From the NCBI GenBank assembly GCA_963665325.3, contig OZ224045.1, positions 1,536,001-1,600,000 of the forward strand: a stretch of 64,000 nt of DNA, written 5' to 3'. Below are positions 8,674 to 24,400 of this stretch, piece by piece. The stretch's first letter is position 1. Every line of letters begins with the position of its first letter. Below the pieces are notes generated by a model, which did no database searches, was not told the origin of the DNA, and saw only the letters and a program-made list of their open reading frames with translations. Source of the stretch: Alphaproteobacteria bacterium. Its GTDB lineage: Bacteria; Pseudomonadota; Alphaproteobacteria; Bin95. The translations under genes were made by a program, and so were the position numbers.

Positions 8674-9960
8674 ATGATGGAGTTCGGACTGCCCGTCCTG
8701 TGCGCGCTCGCCGGTGCCGCGCTGGTCTGGTTTGTCTTCGCGGTCCCGGCGCGTAGCCGGGCCGCCGGGGCGGAGGCGGGACTCGAGGCCGAGAAGAAGG
8801 CCTATGCGGCGCGTCTGGACGAGATCGAGAAGGCGCGCAGCGAGGCGGAGACGCGCTTTGCGGTGCTTGCAAACGAGGCGCTCAGCAAGAACAGCGCCTC
8901 TTTCCTGCAACTGGTTAGTGAGCGCTTCCAGTCTCACAAGGTCGAGGCGGAGAAGGACCTGAAGGCGCGCGAAGAGGCAGTCGCGTCGCTCGTCAAGCCG
9001 CTCAGCGAAGGGCTGGAGAAGTTCCGCACTCATGTGCAACAGATCGAGAAGGACCGTGCAGGCGCCTACACCGCCATTACCGAACAGGTGAAGGCGCTGG
9101 CTGCCAGCCAGACGCAATTGCAGTCCGAGACAGGCCGGCTGGTCCAGGCGCTCCGCCGACCGCAGACGCGCGGCAGATGGGGCGAACACCAGCTTCGCAA
9201 CGTGCTCGAAATGGCGGGCATGACAAAGCATGTCGATTTCGTCGAACAGGACACGCTGGAGGGCGGCGAAGGAGGAGCGCTCCGCCCGGATGTGATCGTC
9301 CGCCTGCCGGGCGGCAAGTCGATCATCGTCGATGCCAAAACGCCGCTGCAGGCTTATCTCGATGCCATCGAGGCGGAAGACGAGGAGACCCGCGCTACCC
9401 ATATCCAGGCGCATGTGCGCCATGTCCGAAGCCATGTCCGCGCGCTGTCCTCGAAGGAATACTGGAGTGCGCTGTCCGGAACGCCGGACTTCGTCGTCAT
9501 GTTCATTCCGGGCGAATCGTTTTTCGCGGCCGCCCTGGAGAACGATCCGCAGCTCTTCGACGATGCTGTGGGGAGAAAGGTGCTCATCAGCACGCCGACC
9601 ACCTTCATCGCGCTCGTCAAGGCCATTGCCTATGGCTGGCAGCAGGAGAAGCTGGCCGAGAACGCCCAGGCGATTTCCGAAGCGGGCCGCGAACTCTATG
9701 AGCGCGTTCGGGTATTCGGTGGGCATATGGCGGGTGTCGGCCGGTCGTTGAAGCAGGCCGTGGAGCGCTACAACAACAGTGTGGGCTCGCTCGAACGGCG
9801 GGTTTTGCCCTCGGCGCGCCGTTTGGAGTCGCTGGAAGCCGCGCCACCGGGTTCCAACCTGCCCGAAATGCCGTCCGTCGATATCGAGCCGAGTGGCTTG
9901 CAGGCCCCGGAACTGGCGGGTTCGTCGGAAGAACCGGGCACCGAAAAGGAGTTGGCGTAG
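8674..9960 (+). CDS. rmuC: DNA recombination protein RmuC
   Basis: N-terminal TM, coiled coil, RGRWGE, LRPDVIVRLPGG, IIVDAKTP, DFVVMFIPGE. Confidence 0.93.
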   Translation: MMEFGLPVLCALAGAALVWFVFAVPARSRAAGAEAGLEAEKKAYAARLDEIEKARSEAETRFAVLANEALSKNSASFLQLVSERFQSHKVEAEKDLKAREEAVASLVKPLSEGLEKFRTHVQQIEKDRAGAYTAITEQVKALAASQTQLQSETGRLVQALRRPQTRGRWGEHQLRNVLEMAGMTKHVDFVEQDTLEGGEGGALRPDVIVRLPGGKSIIVDAKTPLQAYLDAIEAEDEETRATHIQAHVRHVRSHVRALSSKEYWSALSGTPDFVVMFIPGESFFAAALENDPQLFDDAVGRKVLISTPTTFIALVKAIAYGWQQEKLAENAQAISEAGRELYERVRVFGGHMAGVGRSLKQAVERYNNSVGSLERRVLPSARRLESLEAAPPGSNLPEMPSVDIEPSGLQAPELAGSSEEPGTEKELA

Positions 9961-9963
9961 CGG

Positions 9964-10596
9964 TCAGCCTGCTGCGCGGTCAGCCTGCAATCCCTGGCCG
10001 AAGCTCTCGCCGCCCGCCGCCATATGCGCTTGTTCGTCCGGTGTGCTGGCGCGGCCGAGCACGGCGTTGCGATGCGGGAAGCGGCCGAAGCGGGCGACGA
10101 TGTCGCGGTGGCGGGTCCAGCCCTGGATGCTCCGGTCCACATAAGCCCGCCATGCCGGATCGGCCTCCTGCCTCATCGCCCGCAGGAGGTCGATGCCCCG
10201 GTCCTGTTCGTCTACCGCTTCGGAATGGTGGAACGGGTGGTAGAGCCAGATGCGCGCAACCGGATGGAGCGCCCGGTCCAGTCCCCGGTCGATGGCATGA
10301 TTCACGATCTCGAAAGCTGAAGCGTCGCCTGCATACGCACCGATCGTGCCGCGATAGAGGTTCCGCGTGAACTGGTCGAGCAGCAGGATGAGCGCCAGCG
10401 CGCCGTCCGGCGTGTCCCGCCAACCCGTCAATTCCGGTTCCCGCGCACAGGCGCGCCGCACCAGGCTGCCGAAGCGCGCGCGGATCTCTTCATCGACGGC
10501 CGGTCCGCCCCTGTACCACCATTCGCGGCGAGCCGAGGCGCGCTCCGGACTGTCGAGGCTGTCGGCCAGCCAGAAGGCAACGATTTCGGCGATCAT
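9964..10596 (-). CDS. DUF924 family protein
   Basis: LALILLLDQFTRNLYR, PFHHSE, RFGRFPHRNAVLGRAST; start re-set to ATG 10596. Confidence 0.9.
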   Translation of the reverse strand: MIAEIVAFWLADSLDSPERASARREWWYRGGPAVDEEIRARFGSLVRRACAREPELTGWRDTPDGALALILLLDQFTRNLYRGTIGAYAGDASAFEIVNHAIDRGLDRALHPVARIWLYHPFHHSEAVDEQDRGIDLLRAMRQEADPAWRAYVDRSIQGWTRHRDIVARFGRFPHRNAVLGRASTPDEQAHMAAGGESFGQGLQADRAAG

Positions 10597-10613
10597 GCGG
10601 GGACGGAACCGTT

Positions 10614-12335
10614 TCAGACTATAGGAATGCGGCCGGCGGCGATGTCGGCCGGGGAAAGCACGTCCGGGTCCAGCGCCGTCTGCCATCGCTCCGTGAGGCG
10701 CACCCGGGGCGGTTCCGGGGAGCGAGCGTCCAGAACGAAACCCTCGAAGCCTGCCGCCATCACCTCGTTGCATTTCTGCACATAGACCGGGAAACCGCCG
10801 ATATAGGGCATGAAGACGCGCGGCCGGCCGGGAATATTGGCGCCGACATACCAGCTCGAACAGGTCGAACGCAGCGAGATCGACGCCACATCGGCCACAT
10901 GGCCTACCCAGTCGGCCTCATGGCTTTCCTGGGCGTCGATGGTCTGCGCGCCGATATCGCGCATATGCGCCATGCAGTCGGCGATCCAGTCCACATGCTG
11001 CTCGATGGAAGGGAGCATGTTCGCAAGCACGGACGGGCTGCCCGGCCCGGTGACGGTGAAGAAGTTGGGGAAGCCGGCGACGGCGAGCCCCAGGTAATTC
11101 TGCGGGCCGGCCCGCCACTTCTCCGCGAGCGTCAACCCGTCCCTGCCGGTAATGCGGATGCGGTCGAACGAGCCGGTCATCGCCGCAAAGCCGGTCGCGA
11201 AGATGAGCGTGTCCGCGGGATATTCCACGCCGTGCGCAACGACGCCGCTCGCGGTGAAGCCCTCGATGGGCCGCTCGGACACATCCACCAGCTTCACATG
11301 GTCCCGATTGTAGGTCTCGTAATAGCCGGTATCGACGCAGAGCCGCTTGCATCCGAACACATTGTCCGGGCAGAGCAGTTCGGCCGTTTCGGGGTCGTCC
11401 ACCCGCTCGCGGATCTTCTCGCGGGCGAACTCGGCCGCCGTGTCGTTCGCCGCCTTGTCGAACAGCAGGTCGCCGAAAGCGCCGAGGAAGGGCAGGCCGC
11501 CTCGCTCCCAGGACTCCTCATACTGCCGGCGGCGCTCCTCCGGCGTCGAGTCGAGCGCCGGGCGGGTGTTGTAGGGGAAGTAGAAACCGGTAGGGCGCGA
11601 CCGGGCCTTGGCGCGGAAACCCGGATAGTCCGCCTTGAAGGCGCGCACGCGCTCCGGGTCGAGCGGCGCGTTCCAGGCGGGCACGGCGTAGTTGGGCGTG
11701 CGCTGGAAGACGGTGAGCGCCGCGGCCTGCCCGGCGATGACGGGAATCGACTGGATCGCCGAGGAGCCGGTGCCGATGATCGCCACCCGTTTGCCGGAGA
11801 AGTCCACCGGTTCGTGCGGCCACTCGCCCGTATGCAGCACTTCGCCGCGATAGTTCTCGAAGCCCTCGAAACGGGGGTGGTTGGCCGCCGAGAGGCACCC
11901 CACCGCCATGATGCAGAACCGGGCCGAACAGCGGTCGTCCCGGTCGGTCTCGACATTCCAGCGTTTCGCGGCTTCGTCGAAGGCAAGCGTTGTCACCCTT
12001 GTGTCGAAGCGGATGTCTCGCCGGAGGTCGAACCGATCAGTCACATGGTTGGCATAGGCCAGGATTTCCGGCTGCGGCGCGTATTTCTCCGTCCACTCCC
12101 ACTCCTGGTCCAGTTCCTCGGAGAAGGAATAGGAATATTGCAGGCTCTCGATATCGCAGCGCGCGCCGGGGTAGCGGTTCCAGTACCAGGTCCCGCCGAC
12201 ATCGCTGCCGGCTTCCAGGACCCGCGCCGAGAAGCCGAGTTTGCGCAGGCAATGCAGCATGTACATACCGGCGAAGCCCGCCCCGACGATGACGGCATCG
12301 AAATGTTCGCTCGGGGTCGGGGTGGTTGCGGTCAT
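10614..12335 (-). CDS. type I Baeyer-Villiger monooxygenase
   Basis: GAGFAG, GGTWYWNRYPGARCD, fingerprint YRGEVLHTGEWP, GTGSS. Confidence 0.93.
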   Translation of the reverse strand: MTATTPTPSEHFDAVIVGAGFAGMYMLHCLRKLGFSARVLEAGSDVGGTWYWNRYPGARCDIESLQYSYSFSEELDQEWEWTEKYAPQPEILAYANHVTDRFDLRRDIRFDTRVTTLAFDEAAKRWNVETDRDDRCSARFCIMAVGCLSAANHPRFEGFENYRGEVLHTGEWPHEPVDFSGKRVAIIGTGSSAIQSIPVIAGQAAALTVFQRTPNYAVPAWNAPLDPERVRAFKADYPGFRAKARSRPTGFYFPYNTRPALDSTPEERRRQYEESWERGGLPFLGAFGDLLFDKAANDTAAEFAREKIRERVDDPETAELLCPDNVFGCKRLCVDTGYYETYNRDHVKLVDVSERPIEGFTASGVVAHGVEYPADTLIFATGFAAMTGSFDRIRITGRDGLTLAEKWRAGPQNYLGLAVAGFPNFFTVTGPGSPSVLANMLPSIEQHVDWIADCMAHMRDIGAQTIDAQESHEADWVGHVADVASISLRSTCSSWYVGANIPGRPRVFMPYIGGFPVYVQKCNEVMAAGFEGFVLDARSPEPPRVRLTERWQTALDPDVLSPADIAAGRIPIV

Positions 12336-12414
12336 GGGAAGCGTGGTGTCTCGGAGTTCGGGAAGGCGCCCCTGTCTATTCCGAATCGTGCGGTCTCCGC
12401 AACGGCAGACGGAC

Positions 12415-14730
12415 TTACCCGCCGTTCAGCGCCCGCCAGACCTTCTCCGAGGTGATCGGCATGTCGATATGGGAAATGCCGAGCGCATCCGCCACGGCGG
12501 CGGTGATCGCGGGCGGTGCGCCGCAGGCTCCGCCCTCGCCGATGCCCTTGACGCCGAGCTCGTTGGACGGATTCGGCACCGGGTTGAATCCGACGTCGAT
12601 CTCCGGAAAATCGCTTGCCCGCGGCATGCAGTAGTCCATGAAGGAGCCGGCGAGAAACTGGCCACTCTCCGCCTCGTACGCTGTGTTCTCCAGAAGCGCC
12701 TGCCCCAGCCCCTGTCCGACGCCGCCATGCACCTGGCCCGCCGCCAGCAATGGGTTGATGACGATGCCGCAATCGTCCACGGCGGTGTATTTGACAACCT
12801 GCACCTGCCCGGTGTCCGGGTCCACCTCGACCTCGCAGATATGGCAGCCGTTCGGGAAGTTGCACTCGGTCGGGCGCTGGTAGCGGCAGGTCTCGTCGAG
12901 GCCGGGCTCCTCGCCCTCGGGCAGGGCCGCAGGGTCGCGGGCGATCCGGGCGACCTCCGAAAGGGTAACGGCGAGATCGGTGCCGGCGACCCGGAATGTC
13001 CCGTCGGAGAACTCGATATCGGCCGGCGCCGCTTCCAGCCGGTGCGCGGCGATGCGCGATGCCTTCTCGACGATTTGTGCGCTTGCGCGCGAGACGGAGA
13101 CGCCGCCCATCTGCGAGGAACGCGAGCCCCCGGTGCCGTTGCCGAAAGAGACGAATGCCGTGTCGCCCTGGAGGAGCTGGATATCGTCCAGGGCGATGCC
13201 GAGTTTCTGGTGGACGATCTGGGCGAAGGCGGTCTCGTGTCCCTGGCCGTGGCTGAACGTGCCCATGATGAGCGAGACGCGCCCGTCCTCCTCGAAACGT
13301 ACCTGGGCCTGTTCCACCGGCGCCCCGCCCGACGCTTCGATATAGTAGCCGAGGCCGAGGCCGCGGCGCTTGCCGGCGGCTTCCGACCCCGCCCGGCGCT
13401 TGTCGAAGCCGGAGACATCGGCGCGCTCCAGCGCCTGCTCCTGTGTGTCGGCAAAGGCGCCGGAATCGATGACCATGCCGACCCGGTTGGTATAGGGCAG
13501 GGCTTCGGGCGCGATGAAGTTGCGCCGGCGGATTTCCGCGGTGGAGAGGCCGAACGCCTCGGCGCCCGCGTCCAGCAGGCGCTCCATCTGGTAGCAGATT
13601 TCCGGCCGCCCGGCGCCGCGATAGGCGTCCGTCGGCACCGTGTTGGTGAAGACACAGCGCACGGAGAGCTGCATGGCCGGCACATGATAGACCGAGCCGG
13701 CGATGCGGGCGCCGGCCACGGTCGGAATCCTTGGCCCGAAGTCGGAGAGATAGCCGCCGAGATTGGCGAGCGTCGCCGCCTTCATGCCGAGGATGCGTCC
13801 CTCGCCGTCGAACGCCATTTCCGCCACCGTCAGGTGGTCGCGGCCATGCGGGTCGGCGAGCATCGTCTCCTGTCGGTCGGCGCACCACTTGACGGGCCGG
13901 CCAAGCCGCCGGGCCGCCCACAGCACCATTATCGTTTCCGGAAACAGCTTCCCGCGCAGCCCGAACCCGCCGCCGACATCGGGAGATACCACGCGCACCC
14001 GGTCCTTGGGGACCTGGAAGGCGATGTCCGCAAGTCCGTTACGCACGCGCACGGCGCCCTGGGTCGGCGAATGCAGGAGATACCGTTCGGCTTCGCCTTC
14101 CCATTGCCCGATGGCGACGCGCGGTTCCATCGGATTGCCGACGACGCGGTTGTTCGTCAGCTCTACCCGCACCGTCTTCGCCGCCCGGGCAAAGGCGGCC
14201 TCGGCCTCGGAACCGTCATGACTGAGCCAATGCACGCAGAGATTGGAGCCGACCGACTCATGCAGGACAGGCGCGCCCGACGCTTCCGCCTCGGCGGCGG
14301 TGCTGACGGCCGGCAGCACCTCGTATTCCACCTCGACGAGCTCAGCGGCGTCCCGGGCCTGTTCCGGTGTTTCGGCCACCACGAACGCAACAGGGTCGCC
14401 GACATAGCGCACCCGGTCGGTCTGGAGCACCGCGCGGCCGGGATCGGCCATGCGCGCCCCTTTCGCACCCGGTACATCGACCTGGCAGGGCAGCAGCGGC
14501 AGACCGTCCGTCGCCGCATCGCGCCCGGTCAGTACTGCCAGCACGCCCGGTGCGGCCTCTGCAGCTCTGGTGGCCAGCGCCCGGATATGCGCATGGGCGT
14601 GCGGGCTCCGGAGCACGACAGCATGGGCCTGCCCCGCGATGTCGATATCGTCGGTATAGCGTCCAGCGCCGGTCACGAAGCGCGCGTCTTCCCTGCGCCG
14701 CACCGGCTGGCCGATGCCGAATTGTTCCAT
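12415..14730 (-). CDS. xanthine dehydrogenase family / CoxL-like (form II motif) molybdopterin-binding subunit
   Basis: RRREDARFVTG, VGGGFG, AYRGAGR, GQGHET, KGIGE. Confidence 0.9.
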   Translation of the reverse strand: MEQFGIGQPVRRREDARFVTGAGRYTDDIDIAGQAHAVVLRSPHAHAHIRALATRAAEAAPGVLAVLTGRDAATDGLPLLPCQVDVPGAKGARMADPGRAVLQTDRVRYVGDPVAFVVAETPEQARDAAELVEVEYEVLPAVSTAAEAEASGAPVLHESVGSNLCVHWLSHDGSEAEAAFARAAKTVRVELTNNRVVGNPMEPRVAIGQWEGEAERYLLHSPTQGAVRVRNGLADIAFQVPKDRVRVVSPDVGGGFGLRGKLFPETIMVLWAARRLGRPVKWCADRQETMLADPHGRDHLTVAEMAFDGEGRILGMKAATLANLGGYLSDFGPRIPTVAGARIAGSVYHVPAMQLSVRCVFTNTVPTDAYRGAGRPEICYQMERLLDAGAEAFGLSTAEIRRRNFIAPEALPYTNRVGMVIDSGAFADTQEQALERADVSGFDKRRAGSEAAGKRRGLGLGYYIEASGGAPVEQAQVRFEEDGRVSLIMGTFSHGQGHETAFAQIVHQKLGIALDDIQLLQGDTAFVSFGNGTGGSRSSQMGGVSVSRASAQIVEKASRIAAHRLEAAPADIEFSDGTFRVAGTDLAVTLSEVARIARDPAALPEGEEPGLDETCRYQRPTECNFPNGCHICEVEVDPDTGQVQVVKYTAVDDCGIVINPLLAAGQVHGGVGQGLGQALLENTAYEAESGQFLAGSFMDYCMPRASDFPEIDVGFNPVPNPSNELGVKGIGEGGACGAPPAITAAVADALGISHIDMPITSEKVWRALNGG

Positions 14731-14766
14731 TGGAAGGCCTTTCCTGGAGAGCGCCGGAATCCGGGT

Positions 14767-19553
<4,787 letters not shown>

Positions 19554-19620
19554 GCGGCGCGCCGGGACGGGTTGACCGCAGGGCCGGCCGGGCCGATAAC
19601 GGCTGCGTTGCAGCAAGGCG

Positions 19621-19935
19621 ATGGAGCAACGGAAAGCCATGCATGCATTCATCTTCAGCCCAGCCCGCACGGCGATGCAGCAGGGTCGGGGCCGAACCGG
19701 CATGTGGGTGGTCGAGTTCGAGCAGCAGTCGGCCCGCCGGCCGGACCCGCTGATGGGCTGGACGAGTTCCAGCGATACCCGCCAGCAGGTCAGACTGGAA
19801 TTCGAGTCGCGCGAGGCGGCGGTGGCCTATTGCGAGAAGCGCGGCTTCGAATACAGCGTGCGCGCAGCGCAGCGGCGACAGGTGAGACCCAAGGCCTATG
19901 CGGACAATTTTCGCTGGAACAGGGTCTCCGGGTGA
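19621..19935 (+). CDS. ETC complex I subunit (NDUFS4-like) protein
   Basis: PARTAMQQG, DPLMGWTSSSD, YADNF; start may be ATG 19639. Confidence 0.88.
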   Translation: MEQRKAMHAFIFSPARTAMQQGRGRTGMWVVEFEQQSARRPDPLMGWTSSSDTRQQVRLEFESREAAVAYCEKRGFEYSVRAAQRRQVRPKAYADNFRWNRVSG

Positions 19936-19945
19936 GCGGACATGC

Positions 19946-20022
19946 GCGCCCTTAGCTCAGCCGGATAGAGCAGCGGACTTCTAATCCGCAGGTCGGAGGT
20001 TCGAGTCCTCCAGGGCGCGCCA
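19946..20022 (+). tRNA. tRNA-Arg (anticodon TCT)
   Basis: Acceptor GCGCCCT/AGGGCGC, anticodon arm GCGGA-CTTCTAA-TCCGC, T-loop GGTTCGAGTCC, encoded CCA. Confidence 0.97.
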
Positions 20023-20130
20023 GTCATTCTCAATAAGTTAGAGGGCATTATTCAGCCGCCGTTAACACGTCCCGATGAGGGCGTTCCGTAGCCGTCCCGG
20101 GGGCAAGACCCATGCACATCGCTCTCGGGG

Positions 20131-21027
20131 TCAAGAGCAGCACTCTCGATATGCGCCCGGCGTGGTGCCGATAATCCGCTTGAAGCACCTGATGAACTGG
20201 GTCTGAGAAGAAAATCCGCACAGATGGGCGATGCCGGCGAGCGGGAGCCGCCCTTCCGCAATCAAGGATTTCCCGCGCTCGATCCGGCGGTACGTGACGT
20301 AGCGATGCGGCGCACTCCCGGTTGCCGCCTTGAAGGCGCGGGCGAAGTGGAACGGACTGAGGCAGGCCTCGTTCGCAAGCGACTCGATGGTCAGGTCTTC
20401 GCCGAGATGGGCGTCGATAAATTCCATGACCCGTTTCAGACGTCGCGGATCGAGCGCACCGCGGGCAGCCGGCAGCGACCTGGATGCCGGCGCCAGGCTG
20501 GAATGGCGCCGCAGGATGTGAACGCCGAGCGCCGAGGCCAGCGTCTCCGCCAGGATCTTTCCCGCAGGCGCAGGGTCGACCATCTCGCTGTGGATCGCCC
20601 GCGCGATCCGCTCGATCAGAGGATCGTGGAAGCCGCCGTCATAGTGCAGGTCGAGTTTGTCTGGATCGATGTCGAGTTCCCGCAGGGCTGTTTCCGACAG
20701 CGGGGAGGCGGGGAGGAAGAGATGGATGCTCTCCTCGACCTCGCCGTAAAGATGGATCATGTCTTCGTAAACGCCTTTGGGGCAGAGCCAGACCGTGCCC
20801 GGCACCGCGTCGCAACGCTGCAGCCGCCCGTCACCTCGCCGTCGGACATGGAGACGGCCCTGAAGCATGACGATGACTTCGGTGTCGCGAACCTGGACCT
20901 CGCCGAGGTCGCCCTCCGCATGCTGCCAGCGTTCCGCAAGCAGCCCCTTCCAGCCCCGGTCGGCGCTGGATCCGAGCCGGGTCCCGGTGGTGAATTTCGC
21001 CCGCCCGTGTCCGTTTGAGCCCGCCAT
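20131..21027 (-). CDS. AraC family transcriptional regulator
   Basis: C-terminal double HTH: LSPFHFARAFK...IAHLCGFSSQTQF...FKRIIGTTPGAYR. Confidence 0.92.
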   Translation of the reverse strand: MAGSNGHGRAKFTTGTRLGSSADRGWKGLLAERWQHAEGDLGEVQVRDTEVIVMLQGRLHVRRRGDGRLQRCDAVPGTVWLCPKGVYEDMIHLYGEVEESIHLFLPASPLSETALRELDIDPDKLDLHYDGGFHDPLIERIARAIHSEMVDPAPAGKILAETLASALGVHILRRHSSLAPASRSLPAARGALDPRRLKRVMEFIDAHLGEDLTIESLANEACLSPFHFARAFKAATGSAPHRYVTYRRIERGKSLIAEGRLPLAGIAHLCGFSSQTQFIRCFKRIIGTTPGAYRECCS

Positions 21028-21330
21028 GGCGCTCCTCGTCCAAAACGGATCGATCGGATGACACCGTGTGCATGGTCACCCTGGTGTTCCGAGCGATCCT
21101 GATTTGGCCCTGTCGTGACCATGCATGCGGTCGGATGGACTAGCGCCTTGTTGCCCGGAACTAGAATACATTCTTGCGCCTTCTTTATGTCGAGTCGGTA
21201 TACCGGGCGGGAAACACATATGACCGACCATGGGCAGATATAATAATTGATAGTTCCTTAGTAAAATTCTTATGGGAGGTACACATTAGAGAGTAGATCA
21301 TCGCGAAATAAAGGTCCGTTACCTCCGATA

Positions 21331-21366
21331 GCAAGAGAGAGCGATGCAACCGCAAGATCCCGCGAT
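21331..21366 (+). promoter_or_regulatory. putative AraC-type tandem operator
   Basis: GCAAGA-N4-GCGAT twice with 21-bp period, between araC and the divergent adhesin gene. Confidence 0.5.
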
Positions 21367-21423
21367 ACGGACTGCCCTGCCGTGCATTAGGACTGCCTCC
21401 AAGCTCTTTAGGAGGCTCGAGTC

Positions 21424-24400
21424 ATGCAAGCGGACAACCGTCGTGGTGGTCGTCATGTCGCGGGAGTATCGAAGAAAACCGCCGACTGCTTCGTCGTAAG
21501 CGCCAGACGTCGAGGGGTCTTATTTCATTCTTGGCGGTGCCTGATACCGATGATTGCCGGAGTTTGGACCTGTTTTGCGGGGTCCCTGGCGTACGCGCAG
21601 ACCCCGATAACGCTGGTATCCAACCTCGCGCAGACTATCGACGCGCCGCAGTTCGATGGAGAAATATTAAGGGCTTGGGAAAATCAGGATCTCGGCATCG
21701 TATTCAGGACGGGTCCGTCCCAGTCTGGCACGCTACTGAGTGCCGTTGCTCTGGACGTCAACCGATGGCCGCGCGGAACCACGCCGACCGTCTCGATATA
21801 CAGGGCCGAGCTCGTTGGCGACCCCGGCCTGCCGGCGCCCACCACGAGGATCGCGACCCTGGACAATCCGTGGGCGGCCAAGGGATGGCGGACCTTTACC
21901 GTGTCGAGCCGGGTGCAACTCAAGCCCAACAGGTTCTACGCCATCGTTGTGGAAAGCACAGCGACGACCGTGGAACGGGCATTCGAACTCAGAGGCACGC
22001 AGTCCTACGAAGAAGACGCGAGCAGTCAGGCCGGCTGGGACATCGAACGCATAACGAATGTCAACCTAGGCATGGGATGGGAGGGAACCGACGCATCGGC
22101 CTCCACGCAGAAAGTGAGGTTTGCCGCCCACGGATATGACGCAGGCGAGGTGTGGCGAGAAGGCGCGAAGCTGGAGAGCTTCACGGTGACTCCCGTCAGC
22201 GGCAGCCTTGTCCAGTTCACTCCGTCGTTCAAGTCGGGCAGGCGAGGCCCCTACACCGTCTGGGTGACCCATGACACGACGCAGGTGACGCTCGCGGCGA
22301 TGGCGGAATCGTCGAGCGCCTGGGTGGAATTGCCGGACGACGTGAATCCGAGTCTCGAGGGCACGCAGATCAATCTCCCGGCGGGCACGACGACAACCAG
22401 AGAGATCCGGGTCATCGACGGACCCAGCGGCATCTTCCGGACCTTCTATCGGCTGAACATCAAGCGCCCCGGCAGCATGCTGACGGGAAAGCCCAACGAA
22501 CTGGAGCCAATATCGAGCGACGGGTCTCTCCAGTACCGCTTCGCTGTCAAGCTGAGCGCCCCTGTCGAACTCTCGCTCGCGCACTGGAGGAGTTATGTGT
22601 TCCACGTCGCCAACGGCGCCATCGCCGAGGTAAAGCGCGTAGGCGGGAGTGCAGCGGGTCCGGGTGGCGATCCCATCAGCCGTACGTGGCACGTGACGGT
22701 GAACCCCGCCGATCCGGCCAGCGACACGGATGTCACGTTTCGGACCAAGCCGGGTTGCACCTCGACCGGGGCCGTATGCACGGTGGGCGGGCTCAAACTC
22801 GATAGCTTCGACCCAGTCAACTTCAGTCCTTCGGACGTGCGCAGCGTCTCCATCGAGGACGCGAGCGCGGACGAGCAGGACGGGGAGATCGTGTTCACCG
22901 TCAGTCTGTCCAAGCGCGCACAGCGGTATGTGTACGTCGACTTCGAAACCATCGACTCTGGATCCGACAAGGGCACTGCCACTCCAGGCGCGGACTACCG
23001 GCCGCAGTTTACCCGGCTCGTCATCCCGCCGGGAATCGCCTCCGTCGAGGCAGGCGTGGCACTCATCGACGACTCGATCGACGACGACGGCGAGACCGTG
23101 AAGGTCCGTCTCAGCAACGCCCGGCAGGTCAACGACGTCGGCGGCTTTCTGAAGCCGATCAGGATCGGGGCCGCCGAGGCGACGGGCACGATCCGCAACT
23201 CCGATGCGATACCGCAGGCGTGGCTCGCGCGCTTCGGGCGCACGGTGGCGGACCAGGTGCTGGATGCGGTGGAGAGCCGGATGCAGGCGCCGCGAACGCC
23301 GGGAGTAGAGCTGAGCGTGGCCGGACAGCGGGTTGGGGGCGGCCGGGCGCCGGCGCTGAACGAGGCGCGCGACGCGGAGGCCGGTCTCGAGACGGTGTTG
23401 AACCGGCTGCGCCCTGGCATCGATGAGGAGAACGCCAGCGGCTTCGCATCGCGTGCGGTGACAAGCCATGACCTGCTCGCCGGCTCGTCCTTCGCGTTCA
23501 CGGGCGGGACGCCCGAGAGCGGCGTTGGCACGCTCTGGGGCCGGGGCGCGGTCTCGCGCTTCCACGGGCGCGAGGGGGCGGTGTCGCTCGACGGCGACGT
23601 GGCAAGCGCGCTGGTAGGCTTGGATTGGACGCGCGGGCGCACCACCGCCGGTCTCGTGGTATCGCATTCGCGCGGGGACGGCGGCTTTGGCTCACCGGCC
23701 GACGCCGGCACGGTCGAGAGCACGCTCACGGGGTTTTATCCTTGGGGCCGGTATGCATTGAACGACCGCCTTTCGGTATGGGGCGTCGCGGGCTACGGCG
23801 CCGGCGAGCTCGTGCTGACGCCGAAGGAGAAGCCGCCGATCGAGACCGACATGGACCTCAGGATGGCAGCGGCAGGCCTGCGCGGCGTGCTGATGGAGGC
23901 GCCTGCCAACGACGGCTTCGAGCTCGCGGTCACGTCTAACGGCCTGATGGTAAGCACGTCATCGGACGAGGTGCGCGGAAGCGCCGGCAGTCTCGCGGCT
24001 TCCGAGGCCGACGTGACGCGACTTCGTGTCGGCCTTGAGGGGCTGTGGCGCGGGCTCGATGCGGGCGGCGGCTCGTTCGTACCCAGCTTCGAGATCGGCA
24101 TGCGCCAAGACGGAGGCGACGCGGAGACCGGGCTCGGCGTCGATGCGGGTGTCGGTCTTGCCTGGGCAGACCCGACGAGCGGGGTGAAGGCCGAGCTTCG
24201 CGCGCGCGCGCTGCTGACCCATGAGGAGGACGGATTCCGGGAGCGGGGTCTGGCGGGTACGCTCGCCTGGGACCCAGACCCGGAGTCCGACCGGGGTCCG
24301 GCGCTCTCGCTGAGCCAGGCGGCTGGCGCATCCGCGTCGGGAGGAATGGAGAGCTTATTCGGGCCCGGTACGGCGGGTGCGCTCGGCGCATCCGATGATG

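Noticed and set aside
12415-14730. Bona fide aerobic CO dehydrogenase
   Set aside because: Has AYRGAGR rather than the form I AYxCSFR motif, and lacks coxM/coxS and accessory genes
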